A stretch of DNA of 64,000 bases from Eledone cirrhosa. Taxonomy: Eukaryota. Where the stretch lies: NCBI GenBank assembly GCA_964016885.1, contig OZ024761.1, positions 23,498,001 through 23,562,000 of the forward strand, written 5' to 3'. A program made the translations under genes and the position numbers. Below, piece after piece: positions 1 to 13,610 of this stretch. Below the pieces are notes generated by a model. The model was not told the DNA's origin. It worked only from the letters and a program-made list of their open reading frames with translations, and searched no databases. The first letter of the stretch is position 1, and every line of letters begins with the position of its first letter.

Positions 1-988
1 CTATATATACTATTGTATTTTCACAGTAAAGGCTTTACCTCACATAATACCTCACATAACATTTACATTACTCTATATATACTATTGTATTTTCACAGTA
101 AAGGCTTTACCGCACATAATATCTCACATAACATTTACATTACTCTATATACACTATTGTATTGTCACAGTAAAGACTTTACCTCACATAATATCTCACA
201 TAACATTTACATTACTCTATATATACTATTGTATTTTCACAGTAAAGGCTTTACCTCACATAATATCTCACATAACATTTACATTACTCTATATATACTA
301 TTGTATTTTCACAGTAAAGGCTTTACCTCACATAATATCTCACATAACATTTACATTACTCTATATATACTATTGTATTTTCATAGTAAAGGCTTTACCT
401 CACATAATATCTCACATAGCATTTACATTACTCTATATATACTATTGTATTTTCACAGTAAAGGCTTTACCTCACATAATATCTCACATAACATTTACAT
501 TACTCTATATATACTATTGTATTTTCACCGTAAAGGCTTTACCTCACATAATATCTCACATAACATTCACATTACTCTATATATACTATTGTATTTTCAC
601 AGTAAAGGCTTTACCTCACATAATATCTCACATAACATTTACATTACTCTATATATACTATTGTATTTTCACAGTAAAGGCTTTACCTCACATAATATCT
701 CACATAACATTTACATTACTCTATATATACTATTGTATTTTCACAGTAAAGGCTTTACCTCACATAATATCTCACATAGCATTTACATTACTCTATATAT
801 ACTATTGTATTTTCACAGTAAAGGCTTTACCTCACATAATATCTCACATAACATTTACATTACTCTATATATACTATTGTATTTTCACAGTAAAGGCTTT
901 ACCTCACATAATACCTCACATAACATTCACACTACGCTACATATATACTATTGTATTTTCATGGTAAAGGCTTTACCTCACATAATAT
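1..988. repeat. 72-bp tandem minisatellite (~13.7 copies, runs off window start)
   Basis: Unit ctatatatactattgtattttcacagtaaaggctttacctcacataatatctcacataacatttacattact recurs at 1, 73, ... 361, 721. It explains the 24-aa periodic ORF. Confidence 0.97.
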
Positions 989-1135
989 CGAATCTATGAA
1001 ATTTTGAAAGTATTTATTTTGAGAACAATACCTTAACATCAGTTTGAGCGACCAGTTACAGCCAGTTTCAACAGAAAGCGGTAGAGAATTCTGGCCGGTT
1101 TTGGCCGGTTTGAACATTAAACGGACGTAGAAGGA

Positions 1136-1359
1136 TTTTTAGTCCTGTTAAGAGCTTGCCCGTGGCCAGCAATGCCATGCATTGCAAAAAAAGTCACATA
1201 TCAAGCAATGCCTGTACTTGAAGCTTTGTTAAGTGAGGAATGGGTTTACACGGGACCAATCCCACGCTCTGAACATCGAATGCATTTACCCAAAAAGTGG
1301 GACTGGTCTACACCATTGGATGCAAACGAAGTCGCAGGTTTTATATCAGAGTGACCTTC

Positions 1360-1362
<3 letters not shown>
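1136..1362 (-). mobile_element. Fragment of RTE-derived non-autonomous retroelement
   Basis: Aligns by eye with 40266-40490 and, as reverse complement, with 47090-47370 (gagaagg..actctgatataa.acctgc). Confidence 0.65.
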
Positions 1363-1421
<59 letters not shown>

Positions 1422-1425
1422 TTAA

Positions 1426-1470
1426 TACAGGACTAGAACTGTTTCATTCGGGAGAAATCATCAGGAATCC
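1426..1470 (-). ncRNA. Hammerhead ribozyme motif, family C (3' arm of stem I lost)
   Basis: Minus strand reads ggattc CTGATGA tttctcccgaat GAAA cagttctagtcctg TA. Confidence 0.65.
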
Positions 1471-1656
1471 GACTGTCCAAGTAATATGGTGGTATTTATA
1501 CCTTTTCTGGTGGTAGGAGAGGGTGGTGATTGGGATGGGTGGAGGTCATTGGTTGATGGATTTAAAGAAAAAGGAATACTTTTATAACTGTATTTACAGT
1601 AACAGTAGAGTATATATATATATAGATATATATTTATATATAGATATATATATATA

Positions 1657-1914
1657 TCGTATTGAAAAACAAGATGACGTAGGACAGAACAAAGGAGATG
1701 CACAAAAACAAAGAAAAGAATCCCAGTCACTGAAGAGGTCACAGAATGTGTGACGAAAGAACTTTGACAATATATAAACAATCACCTGGTTGTGGAACCA
1801 ACCAACCAACCGGAAATTTATAAATTCCTAAATTTATAAATTTATTATAATAAATTGAAGTGAAAGCAACTGGTGCGTGTGTTTCTTATTGGCAACATGA
1901 CCCTCCCAAAGTAT

Positions 1915-1920
<6 letters not shown>
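1657..1920 (+). mobile_element. Family A TA-flanked element with hammerhead at 1726-1768
   Basis: gtca CTGAAGA g gtcaca-gaatg-tgtgac GAAA gaact t tgac. Its terminal 80 bp recurs at 4965, 16496 and 16735. Confidence 0.65.
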
Positions 1921-1985
<65 letters not shown>

Positions 1986-1991
<6 letters not shown>

Positions 1992-2308
1992 TAAACGGAA
2001 AAGAAAATGCTGACAAATGTTTCCCAGTGAAAAATAGTTTAATTAGGAATAAATATAAATTAGTAATAAGTATTGGTTTGTATTCAGTTTTAAGTTTTTA
2101 CCGGTTGCACATTTCTAATGCTTTTCAAAATTAATTTTGAGATAGAGCGCTCGTGATGTTTGCTCTAAACTGAATACTAACCAATACTTATTACCAATTT
2201 TTACTTATTCCTAATTAAACTATTTTTCACTGGGAAAAATGTGTCAGCATTTTCTTTTCCTTTTACTAATATATCACAACTCGTGTGTTACACCTCTATT
2301 TTTTAAAA

Positions 2309-2312
<4 letters not shown>
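1986..2312. mobile_element. TA-flanked ~105-bp inverted repeat with one-sided tail
   Basis: 1986-2092 is the reverse complement of 2166-2272, and a ~40-bp extension follows the right arm only. Confidence 0.75.
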
Positions 2313-2350
<38 letters not shown>

Positions 2351-2395
2351 ACAATTAACAACAAAGAGCGCTTAGAACATAGGTATATCTTTAAT

Positions 2396-2441
2396 TGCTA
2401 ACAGTGTTTCGTCCACACTAGAAGTGGGACTCTTCAGAGCA
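2396..2441 (-). ncRNA. Type I hammerhead ribozyme motif
   Basis: Minus strand reads tgct CTGAAGA gtcccac-ttcta-gtgtggac GAAA cactg TT agca; stem I is tgct/agca. Confidence 0.75.
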
Positions 2442-2531
2442 TAAAGAGTATTACAGCTCTGTCCTCTGACATTGAGCTAACCATATACTGCCTATTTGAT
2501 AAGTGGAGTGTTACACACTCCCAATTCTCTC

Positions 2532-2597
<66 letters not shown>

Positions 2598-2986
2598 CAT
2601 CATCTTGTAACCTTCATTTATTACATTAAGACAGTTTCGGTAACAATACTGCTCGCAGCTTTCGTAATGTGCAAATGATTATATGCAGGGAGTTGCATAA
2701 CTAACTTTAGATGGTTGAATGAAATTTTACAAAATGGCTCGTGGTATACGGTGAGGGTGAGAAAAACGTGCGCGGGCACGTGTGTTTGTCTAAGTTTGTG
2801 TGTTTGTGTGTTATGAACCCCCAGGGGAAGCTTATGTTTCTAGTAATTACTACATATTGGTATACAATATATTGTTTTATTCTATTCTATGTATGGAGGT
2901 CCGTTGTCATATACAGTTACTAACTTGTATAACATATATGAATACATATGTTATACAAGTTACAACTTTTATGATATATATATATA

Positions 2987-3018
<32 letters not shown>

Positions 3019-3188
3019 CATACATATATATATATACATATATGTATATATATATATATATATACACATATATATATACATAGACACCCATGTATGTATG
3101 TGTATGTATGTACATATATGTATATGTATGTATGTATGTATCTTTATATATATATGTATGTATATATATATATATATATATACATACA

Positions 3189-3244
<56 letters not shown>

Positions 3245-3336
3245 CGTGTATATATATGTACATATGTCTATGTATATATGTACATATGTCTATATATGTA
3301 TACATATATTTACATATGTGTATCTGTATATACACA

Positions 3337-3370
<34 letters not shown>

Positions 3371-3871
3371 ATTCATTACAAATATACGCCCATACACACA
3401 CACACACCACACACACAGAACCACCTACACACACCCTCATATAATTAGCACACGCCAGAATCTGTCTGCTAGTAATTATATGTTGTTAAACAACGAAACA
3501 GTACATTAAATTTTCAGAAGCAGTAATGAATATCTCCTAGAACTGCCGTCATATATTTCCTAATGTGTCTGTATGCCCATATATGGATACATATATGTGT
3601 GTGTGAGGCTGTGTGTGTGTGTTTAGCCTTGTATGTTTACTTATATATGTGTGTGTGTGTGTATGTGTATCTGTATATGCTTGTATGATTGTATGATTGT
3701 ATGATTATATGCATGTGTTTATGTCTGTCTGTATACACTTGTGGTTATATATACATATGTGTGTGTGTGTGTGTGTGTGTGTTTGTGTGTGTGCCTGGAT
3801 AGCCTTGTATGTTTATACATATATATGTGTGTGTGTGCATGTGTGTTTGTGTCTGTATAGGCTTCTATGGT

Positions 3872-3931
<60 letters not shown>

Positions 3932-4138
3932 TATGTGTATGCGTATACCCACATACAAACACATTACCATCTCACATATGTAGACATTTATATTTATGTG
4001 TAAAATCTGGAAATATATGTTACTCATTAAAACATTAAAATATTCGATATTAAACACAAACACGCTAAGATATAAACGCAAACACATTTATTACCAATAT
4101 ATATATATATATATACACACGTATTCAAACACACACAC

Positions 4139-4233
<95 letters not shown>

Positions 4234-4235
4234 TC

Positions 4236-4430
4236 ATTTTATTATAGCTTAATAATGAGTCTTGTTACTCTGGAGTTTCGTCTCTTTATTACAGGGTCAT
4301 CGCGTTTCATGACCCTCTGATGTACAGGCGAAACTCCAAGGTAACAAGGTTCTCTATTTAAGCATGATGAAATGAATATTAAAACTTTACTTCGGTATTT
4401 AGCACTCATTTCTCTCGGCAGTCAACTACA
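4236..4430. mobile_element. Inverted-repeat element with two partial hammerhead halves and a tail (same family as 8741)
   Basis: cttgttactctggagtttcgtct pairs with aggcgaaactccaaggtaacaag; tail contains gtatttagcactc. Confidence 0.65.
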
Positions 4431-4462
4431 TACATACATATATATATATGTATGTATGTATG

Positions 4463-4508
<46 letters not shown>

Positions 4509-4534
4509 CATACATACATACATACATACATACA

Positions 4535-4567
<33 letters not shown>

Positions 4568-4688
4568 TATATATATATGTCCCACCCTTGCAAGTAGGGA
4601 GAAGCGACCGTAAAATGATGATGATGATGAATATATATATATATATATATATATAAATATATATACCCTTTACACACACACACATATG

Positions 4689-4733
<45 letters not shown>

Positions 4734-4818
4734 AAAGGGTAAACAGAAATAACAACACAATTGGTACAGTATATAGAAGGTATATATTAGGTTAACGCTT
4801 GAAATAGCAGGAAGAGGG

Positions 4819-4853
4819 TTTTAACGTTTCGGACGCTATTTCTTCATCAGAAG
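4819..4853 (-). ncRNA. Degenerate minimal hammerhead motif
   Basis: Minus strand reads CTGATGA agaaatagcgtcc GAAA cgt ta; relatives lie at 15093 and 35051. Confidence 0.4.
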
Positions 4854-4964
4854 AAAGAATGAGAAATAAGATAGATTGAAGGGACGGGCGGGGTGGAATT
4901 GGGGAAAATGTCTTTAGATAAAAATAACAGGTCCATTCATGTTGACATCTCTTATATATTTATA

Positions 4965-5180
4965 TTGTTATACTTTGGGGGAGTTGTGTTGCCAATAAAA
5001 TGACACGCACCTGTTCGTTTTCTCTTCAATTTATTATAAACTCCCAGTTGGTTAGTTTGATAAGTGGATGTTCTTGATTGTCGAAGCTCTTTTGTCACAC
5101 ATTCTGTGACCTCCTCAGTGATTACCTTTGTTGTTTTGTGTCTCTCCTTTGTTCTGCCCTACACCATCTTGGTTGTGTAA
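4965..5180 (-). mobile_element. Family A copy with mutated hammerhead (5080-5122)
   Basis: Minus strand reads CTGAGGA g gtcaca-gaatg-tgtgac AAAA gagcttcgac; homologous to 1657-1920. Confidence 0.65.
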
Positions 5181-5306
5181 GCTGCGAGCTGTGTACTAGT
5201 GCTGTGTTTGCATATATATGCGAGTTCCTATAAGTGTGTGTGTCTGTGCTGTGTGTTTTTATTTATTTGTTTATGCTTTTAGCTACTTGTCACAAGCTGG
5301 TTGATT

Positions 5307-5352
<46 letters not shown>

Positions 5353-5694
5353 ATTTGTTTTATTAGTCTAGTTCTTGTGTGCTTCTGTATGTCTTTATCG
5401 TGTTCCTAATTACTAGTTGTGAAGTTGTTGCTATTCCAATCGTTTTCTGTTTAGTTTTGGTTTGAATTCATTTAGGTTTGTCGCTTCTATATTCTGACGT
5501 ACAAACGATGATGATGATGATATGGAAGATAATGATGATAATGATGATGACGAAATGGATGACGATGATCATGGATGATATGGATTGTGGTGATGATAAT
5601 GATAAACATACAAGATTCCATTTCACAAATGGTTTTCTGGTATACACAAATAGAACTACATAGAACCGGATTAAAATCATTTACAATCATATAA

Positions 5695-5781
<87 letters not shown>

Positions 5782-6149
5782 ATATATGTGTTTGATTGTG
5801 AGTGTGTTTTTGAGTATATATATAGCATGTTTTAATATTTTTATATTTAAGGTACACTGCTATATATTTAAATTAATGGGCCGCCACCTATCATCACGTC
5901 CCCCCACCCTACACCTTCCACCTCCCCCTACACCTTCCACCTTTGCTTTCACCCAACCTCCACATGTTTTCCGCTCTATTTTACAAGTAGTAAAAAAATG
6001 AAACGTACATGTTTCCACTTATATATATATATATATATATATATATAGGCATATATATATAGAGAGAGAGAGAAAGAGAACTACATATGTATACACGTTT
6101 ATATTTATTTATATATACATATATATATTTATACATAACACCATACATG

Positions 6150-6206
<57 letters not shown>

Positions 6207-6431
6207 TTATATATGTATATATATATTTATACATGTATATATATATTTATACATGTATATATATATATATATATATTTATAAATGTATATATATATTTAT
6301 ACATGTATATATATATATACATTTATACATGTATAGATATATACATTTATACATGTAGTCATAGATATTTATACATGTATATGTACATCATTATATACAT
6401 ACATACATACATACATACATACATACATACA

Positions 6432-6463
<32 letters not shown>

Positions 6464-6805
6464 AATTTATATATATTTATATATGCTTGTTTTGTTTCCT
6501 TTACCAATCTTTTAATTATTTTTTGCCGCTTCAGCAATTCCTACCAGACTCCTAAGTAAGTACTAACTTATCAATCACCTCTGTACCTTCATTGACATGG
6601 CCACAGACAGATACTTCAACCATATTCTTATCAGCATTTCGCATCAGGCGTTTTCCCCTGGAATCGCATTAGTTTCTGTAAAATGCCTATTGATTCTTTG
6701 TTTGTTTACATATTTTTTCCATGTTTCCTTCCATTTTAATTTGCTTTATATGTGTGTATGTGTATGTATTTATATATGAAGGTATGTTGATATATATATG
6801 TATGT

Positions 6806-6842
<37 letters not shown>

Positions 6843-6847
6843 ATATA

Positions 6848-6881
<34 letters not shown>

Positions 6882-7223
6882 GATCATCAACTCCCTCCAC
6901 CCCCCCCCCCCCCCCCAAACACCCGTCCTTTCTTTTATTCTTCTTCGAAGCAACAAATTCTTTCGTTTTCAAATATCTCCAGGATTCACGTTCCATGTTA
7001 TATGCTTGTAATTTTTGTAAAGTGTTTTTGGTTGTGTCACTTGTCTGTGTGTCTCTGTGTATGTGTATGTGTGTGTGCGTGTGTGTGTGTGTATGGGTCT
7101 GTGTGTATGTATGTATGTGTGTCTGTGTGTGTGTGCGTGTGTGTATGTGGTTCTAAAATCTTTCCTTGTTCATCATTTCCGGTTGTTGTTGTTTTTTTCA
7201 TCCATGTAAAGTTTTCATATCAG

Positions 7224-7262
<39 letters not shown>

Positions 7263-7297
7263 GTGTGTGTGTATATATATATATATGTATATGTATA

Positions 7298-7329
<32 letters not shown>

Positions 7330-7398
7330 AGTATATATATATATATATGTATGTGTATATCTGTATATATATATATATATATATGTATGTGTATATCT

Positions 7399-7430
<32 letters not shown>

Positions 7431-7436
7431 ATATCT

Positions 7437-7468
<32 letters not shown>

Positions 7469-7515
7469 ATATATGTATGTATATATGTATATATATATAT
7501 ATATGTATATGTATA

Positions 7516-7550
<35 letters not shown>

Positions 7551-7940
7551 TTGTATATATATATTTGTGTGTGTCAATGAATGTACAAATGCATCTCTCT
7601 CTCCCTCTCCCTCTCTCAATCTCTCTCTATATATATATATATATGTGTGTGTATGTGCCCATGTATCCATGCATATATGTGTGATTGTACGTGCATGTAT
7701 GTGTATGTGTGTATGTATATATGTATGTATATGTGTATATATATGTATGCATGTATTTGTATGTGTATATATATGTATGTATGTATATGTGTATAGATAT
7801 ATATATATATATATGTATATGTATGTATATTTACATTTCTAGACATTAATCATCTGTTGTATACACACAGGAGTCAACTTAATAACTTGAAATACTGAAG
7901 AAGCTAAAATACCTTTGCTTTTTTAAACATTTTACAATTA

Positions 7941-8273
7941 TATAGGAAAATGTTCAAGACACCGACGGCAGAGATCAAGCCGTTTCGACAGCTATTTCCT
8001 ATTACTTACTCTACTACCCTAGTATTGAGTACTCTGGTGCGTTATGGTCCACCTGGTTCCTTACCACACCTCCTTCGTTATATATATATATATATAACGA
8101 AGGAAATGTGGTAAGGAACCAGGTGGACCATAACGCACCAAAGTACTCAATACTTGGGGTAGTAGAGTGGGTAATAGGAACGAGTAGGACCCCGACGGCT
8201 AATTCTGGACTAAATCGAGTCCAGAATTAGCCGTCGAGACGGCTTGAGCTCAGCCGTCGGGGTCCTACTCGTT

Positions 8274-8277
<4 letters not shown>
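7941..8277. mobile_element. Two family B elements tail-to-tail across a (TA)n tract
   Basis: Tail ...gtattgagtactctggtgcgttatggtccacctggttccttaccac..cttcgtta faces its reverse complement at 8096. The second copy has internal inverted arms ataggaacgagtaggacccc / ggggtcctactcgttcctat. Confidence 0.8.
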
Positions 8278-8314
<37 letters not shown>

Positions 8315-8517
8315 GGGAATCAGTAAAATCGAATCTCTGGCGGTTTGCAAGTAATTCGGCCTACTTATATGAAGTGATGGGTTAGCGAAGCACTCAATAA
8401 ATAGGTCTCAGAGTTATAACATACGTTTAAATAGCTTGACAAATCGGACATTGTGGTAGGGGAAACTAACACACAATACATACCAAAGTAACGAAGAAAC
8501 TAATCAGGTTGAGAAAA

Positions 8518-8583
<66 letters not shown>

Positions 8584-8740
8584 ATGAGTATACATATATA
8601 TGTGTGTGTGTATGTGTGTTTCCGTCAATCCGGGCGTCAGCGTATGCGTGTTTATATATGTATGTGTCTGTGTGGGCGTTAGAGCGTATATGAGTGTGTG
8701 TCTGTGCAGATATCATCATGTGTTTGTGTTTGTGTATGTA

Positions 8741-8885
8741 GTCTTGTTACTCTGGAGTTTCGCCTGCTTATCACAGGCTCATCAGCAAAATGAAAACTAT
8801 GTTCTTAATAGTCTTCATAAAACGAATATTGAAACTCTACTTTGGCATTGAGTACTCTTTTCTCTCACCTGTTAACAATATACAG
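8741..8885. mobile_element. Element with minus-strand hammerhead (8743-8790) and plus-strand tail
   Basis: Minus strand reads CTGATGA gcctg-tgataag-caggc GAAA ctccagag TA acaag; tail contains gcattgagtactc. Confidence 0.7.
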
Positions 8886-8894
8886 ATATATGTA

Positions 8895-9013
8895 TGTTGA
8901 TTAGAGTCAGGCTAGATCGATACAGATCTAACCTCGAGCTGATCAATAGCGAAACGTGCGTCACCAACCAATAAACGTAATGAAGGAGTAACCATTCGTC
9001 CTTGTTTTATTTT
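8895..9013 (+). mobile_element. Family D 5'-truncated copy (3' half of hammerhead)
   Basis: gatcaatagc GAAA cgtgcg TC acc; homologous to the reverse complement of 27341-27471. Confidence 0.6.
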
Positions 9014-9087
9014 ATATATATATATGTATGTATATATATATGTATGTATATATATATGTATATATATATATATATGTATATATATAC

Positions 9088-9154
<67 letters not shown>

Positions 9155-9196
9155 CATACATATATATATACATATACATACATATATATACATTTA

Positions 9197-9263
<67 letters not shown>

Positions 9264-10107
9264 TAATTTTAGGCACAAGGCCATCAATTTCTTACTGCGA
9301 AGTGGGCGGGGTGCAAATTCATTAAATCAATCCTATACAACACACACGCACACACACACGCACACGCACACACACACACACACACACACATACATACATA
9401 CATACATACATACATACATACATACATACATACATACATACATACATACATTCTTGCGATTCAAGGGATGACAATTTCTTTTCTTTTACCACCTTGCCAC
9501 CAGGAAGGTGGCCGGTCAAAAAAAATATACTCGAAATTAAGAGAAAGAGATAACATACATACATACATACATTCTTCACCTCCTCCTCGCCCTCCTTTGG
9601 AAAACACTAACTTTCTGAACCTAACATTTTGTCAGTCTCAATAAAACGATACATCATTCCAATTTTTAAAAAAAAGAAAACTTTACAAAAACAATGCAAA
9701 AAACAAACAAACACACATACATACATACAACAACAACAACAACAACATTGAAAGGAAAATAACTCAAATAATCCTGTCTTTCCGATCCACTAAATGAATG
9801 CTGCTAGGAATTTTTCCTCTTCAACTAACTGGGAAAATTTAAATTGATATTAAGAAGGGTGTTTTTTTTTTTCTTGTTTAAGTCACTGCAATTTGTCACT
9901 GTTTGTTCGTGTGTTTGTGAGATTGTTTGTAGAATATACTTCATATGTTAACATGGAGCCCCACCCCACAAAAAAAAAATTGAAAAATAATTAACAAAAT
10001 ACATATCAAGAGATGTATGTCCTCTTGCCTTGTATCATAATAATAAAACGCAACTGTCATCATAACAACTACTTTATGCTTGGTTTGTCTGCGCAATAGT
10101 AATTTTA

Positions 10108-10172
<65 letters not shown>

Positions 10173-10192
10173 TCTGTCTCTCCCTCTCTCTG

Positions 10193-10246
<54 letters not shown>

Positions 10247-10249
<3 letters not shown>

Positions 10250-10731
10250 TCAAAATATTAACAAAATAGATATTCTTGTGATCAATTATATTTTATTATA
10301 CATATTTCAGAGGCACTGAGCTAAGTTCAACAGTACGTCCTCATCAGATAAAATAAAATGATACATGACATAACCTGGTATAGTAGATGGTTAAGATTCA
10401 ATCAAGGTAGTAAAACTCATTCTTTGATGTATTCATTGAACCTTGTTTAACTCTTAAATATATATATATATATATACAATATATTAACAAATGGAAACTA
10501 TATTTATAAAACCATATTTATTTCATTATACATATTTCAAGGACCACCAAGGTAAACTATGGTGCGCTTTCATCAGATAAAATATAATATAGGTTAGTTT
10601 TATAAATAAATATTGACATACACTTAAAAAATGCAACCATTCTGGTTGAAATCTCCTGGATAATCATGTATAATATGTATAATAAAATATAATTGATCAC
10701 AAGAATATCTATTTTGTTAATATTTTGAATT
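10247..10731 (-). mobile_element. Family E composite: two hammerheads (10290-10354, 10520-10583) with an inverted terminal arm
   Basis: Minus strand reads attttat CTGATGA gg..gtactg..cagtgc.. GAAA tatgta TA ataaaat, plus a second copy with aagcgcacca..tggtggtcctt. 10672-10731 is the inverted copy of 10247-10305. Confidence 0.78.
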
Positions 10732-10782
10732 AATATACATATATATATATATATGTATGTATGTAATCAATCATTAATAAAT

Positions 10783-10829
10783 TGCTCCGAAGACTCCAAA
10801 CCTCGGTTTGGAAGAAACAATTGTAAGCA
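10783..10829 (+). ncRNA. Type I hammerhead motif with CCGAAGA core variant
   Basis: tgct CCGAAGA c tccaaacc-tc-ggtttgga a GAAA caattg TA agca; all three stems can form. Confidence 0.72.
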
Positions 10830-10880
10830 TATAAATGATTTGAACAGAACTTTGATTCATATAACTTATATATATATATA

Positions 10881-10943
<63 letters not shown>

Positions 10944-11360
10944 GACACTGTTGATGAAATGGTAAGCTGTTGACACAACAGCTATATATATTTATCTAGC
11001 TATCTGTATGTCTCTCTCTCAGTACAAAAAATAAATCATCTATCTAAAATTCTATATCTGCCCAACCATCTGTCTTTCTATCCATTCATCTATCTATTTC
11101 AATTTCTAGCTACCTATATATCTGTGTATATATACACACAGATACACACGTACACACCTATCTTTCTAGCTGTGTGTTTGCCTCAGTTTGCCTCTCAATC
11201 TATAGTTATCTATTTATGTATATTTACCAATGGATCTATCTTCGGACAAACACAGCAATAAGAACAACAGAGCATAAATTCCAATAGCAGTCCGAAAATA
11301 GAAAAGTAGATTGAAAACAGTTCTCGTCCTAAACAAGTCATATATATATATATACATGTT

Positions 11361-11403
<43 letters not shown>

Positions 11404-11747
11404 GTTTGTATATATGTATATAATTGCAAATCAAAACTGAACTAGCAATAAAGAAACCGTAGAGGGGTGGAGAAGAGTAATATATTCAAAGTACTGATAT
11501 TTGAACCAGATAACTAAAAGTAGAAATAAAATAATTTAAAAAAAAAAATACGAAGAAAAATATGACAAACCAAGAAAATTTTATTAGACAACAACAAAGA
11601 GAGAAAATTAAAATATCTTGGATGGACATTTAATTAGAAGAAAAAATGATTTACAGAGACTATTAATAGACAGGGGAAATTAATAGGAAGTGGAAATCGA
11701 AGAGGAAAAAAAACCAAGCTTTAGAAGCATTGCTAATACCAAGAATA

Positions 11748-11901
11748 AGACGGTAGGGTATGGCAGAGTCGTTAAGGTGTCAGATTAAAAATGTCTTGGT
11801 ATCTGATTCAGCTTATGTTCTGCGTTCAAATTCCGCTGGTGTCAAATTCCGTTTCCCTTCATCCTTCTGAGGTCGGGTTAAATAAAATAGCAGTCCAGTA
11901 C
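11748..11901 (+). mobile_element. Diverged tRNA-derived SINE
   Basis: A box tggcagagtcg, B box gttcaaattcc, body cttcatccttc..ggtcg..aaataaaatag. Confidence 0.7.
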
Positions 11902-12012
11902 CGGCGTCCATTCTCTCGCTTCCTCTCGCCCCCCCCCCCCTCACTCGCTCTCTCCCCCTCTTGTCCTCTTTGTCCCTCACTCTGTTCCTCGTTCTCTCTG
12001 CAAGTGTTTATA

Positions 12013-12063
<51 letters not shown>

Positions 12064-12078
12064 GTATATATATGTATG

Positions 12079-12111
<33 letters not shown>

Positions 12112-12168
12112 GTATATATATGTATGTATATATATATGTATATATATGTATATATGTATATATATGTA

Positions 12169-12211
<43 letters not shown>

Positions 12212-12240
12212 GTATATATATATGTATATATATATGTATA

Positions 12241-12276
<36 letters not shown>

Positions 12277-12280
<4 letters not shown>

Positions 12281-12476
12281 TCTTCCGGGTTCAATCGGAG
12301 GTAACCATAGTAAGTAAGGTACTCAATACATAGCAGAGTATAAGGAGCTTCCTGATGATTTCTCACGAATGAAACAGTTCTAGTCCTGTAGAAGGCATTT
12401 CTATATTAAATATTTATACTCTGATATGTATTGATACCTTACTTACTGGGGTTACCTCCGATTGAACCCGGATAAA

Positions 12477-12478
<2 letters not shown>
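12277..12478 (+). mobile_element. Family C element, hammerhead at 12348-12394, inverted tails at both ends
   Basis: cttc CTGATGA tttctcacgaat GAAA cagttctagtcctg TA gaag. The ends ccgggttcaatcggaggtaacc / ggttacctccgattgaacccgg are flanked by (TA)n. Confidence 0.82.
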
Positions 12479-12533
<55 letters not shown>

Positions 12534-12608
12534 GTAAGAAGCTCTCAGGAGAGCTGGACATCAGAAGATCTTCAGAAACCCCACCTTAAGCGAGTGTTTC
12601 GGCTCTTT

Positions 12609-12647
<39 letters not shown>

Positions 12648-12781
12648 TAACTCCGTAATAGCACCACCAACTACAAAAACAAAGACGGTTGAACTGCTTT
12701 ACGTTGAGTACTCTCTATATTATTACATTACGATTGACCATACGGAATAGACCAGCTCTATACAGTGGTGAACCTCAAACC

Positions 12782-12841
<60 letters not shown>

Positions 12842-13139
12842 TGAACATTTTAAAATGAGAAGTTATTTTTTATCACGAGTCCAGAGTTGGTTTAGGCGGA
12901 GAAGTTTCAACAAAGGTTAAAAATATTAATGTTATGAACTTTTCGATAGTTATTGATGTGTAAAACTTTAACAAAAATATTAAAACGAATATTTATAGAT
13001 GAGCAGCTTTGTGTTATAAAACCAGGGCGGTTTCAGGTTGTTTGGTATAAAAAATGTTAAAGGCCGTTAATGCATTTGAAAAAAAGCACCTGTGCTTTAG
13101 AATACACAACTGTAGCTGTTTCTTTCACCAACTTGTTTG

Positions 13140-13610
13140 ATAATACACCAACCTGCATTAAAATACACCCACCTATATTAAAATACATCTACCTGTAGTA
13201 TATTACACCTACCTGTATTAAAATACATCTACCTGTATTAAAATACACCTACCTGTATTAAAATACACCTACCTGTATTATAATACACCTACCTGTATTA
13301 TAATACACCTACCTGTATTATAATACACCTACCTGTATACAATAAATCTCTCTGCATTAAAATACACATACCTGTCTTAAAATACACCTACATGTATTAT
13401 AATACACCTACTTGTGTTAAAATATACCTACCTGTATTAAAATACTCCTACCTCTATTATTATACATCTACCTGTATAATACCTGTATTAAAATACACCT
13501 ACCTGTATTAAAATACACATACCTATATTAAAATGCACCAAGCTGTCTGATAATACACATACCTGTCTGATAATACAACTGCCTGTATTAAAATACACTT
13601 ACCTGTAGCA
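13140..13610. repeat. 20-bp tandem minisatellite (aatacacctacctgtattaW)
   Basis: About 23 degenerate copies are visible. Confidence 0.92.

Noticed and set aside
13-999. 328-aa ORF as a protein-coding gene
   Set aside because: It lies entirely within a 72-bp satellite and has no recognisable domain.
13140-13610. CRISPR-like array
   Set aside because: Head-to-tail units without unique spacers, eukaryotic context and no cas genes.
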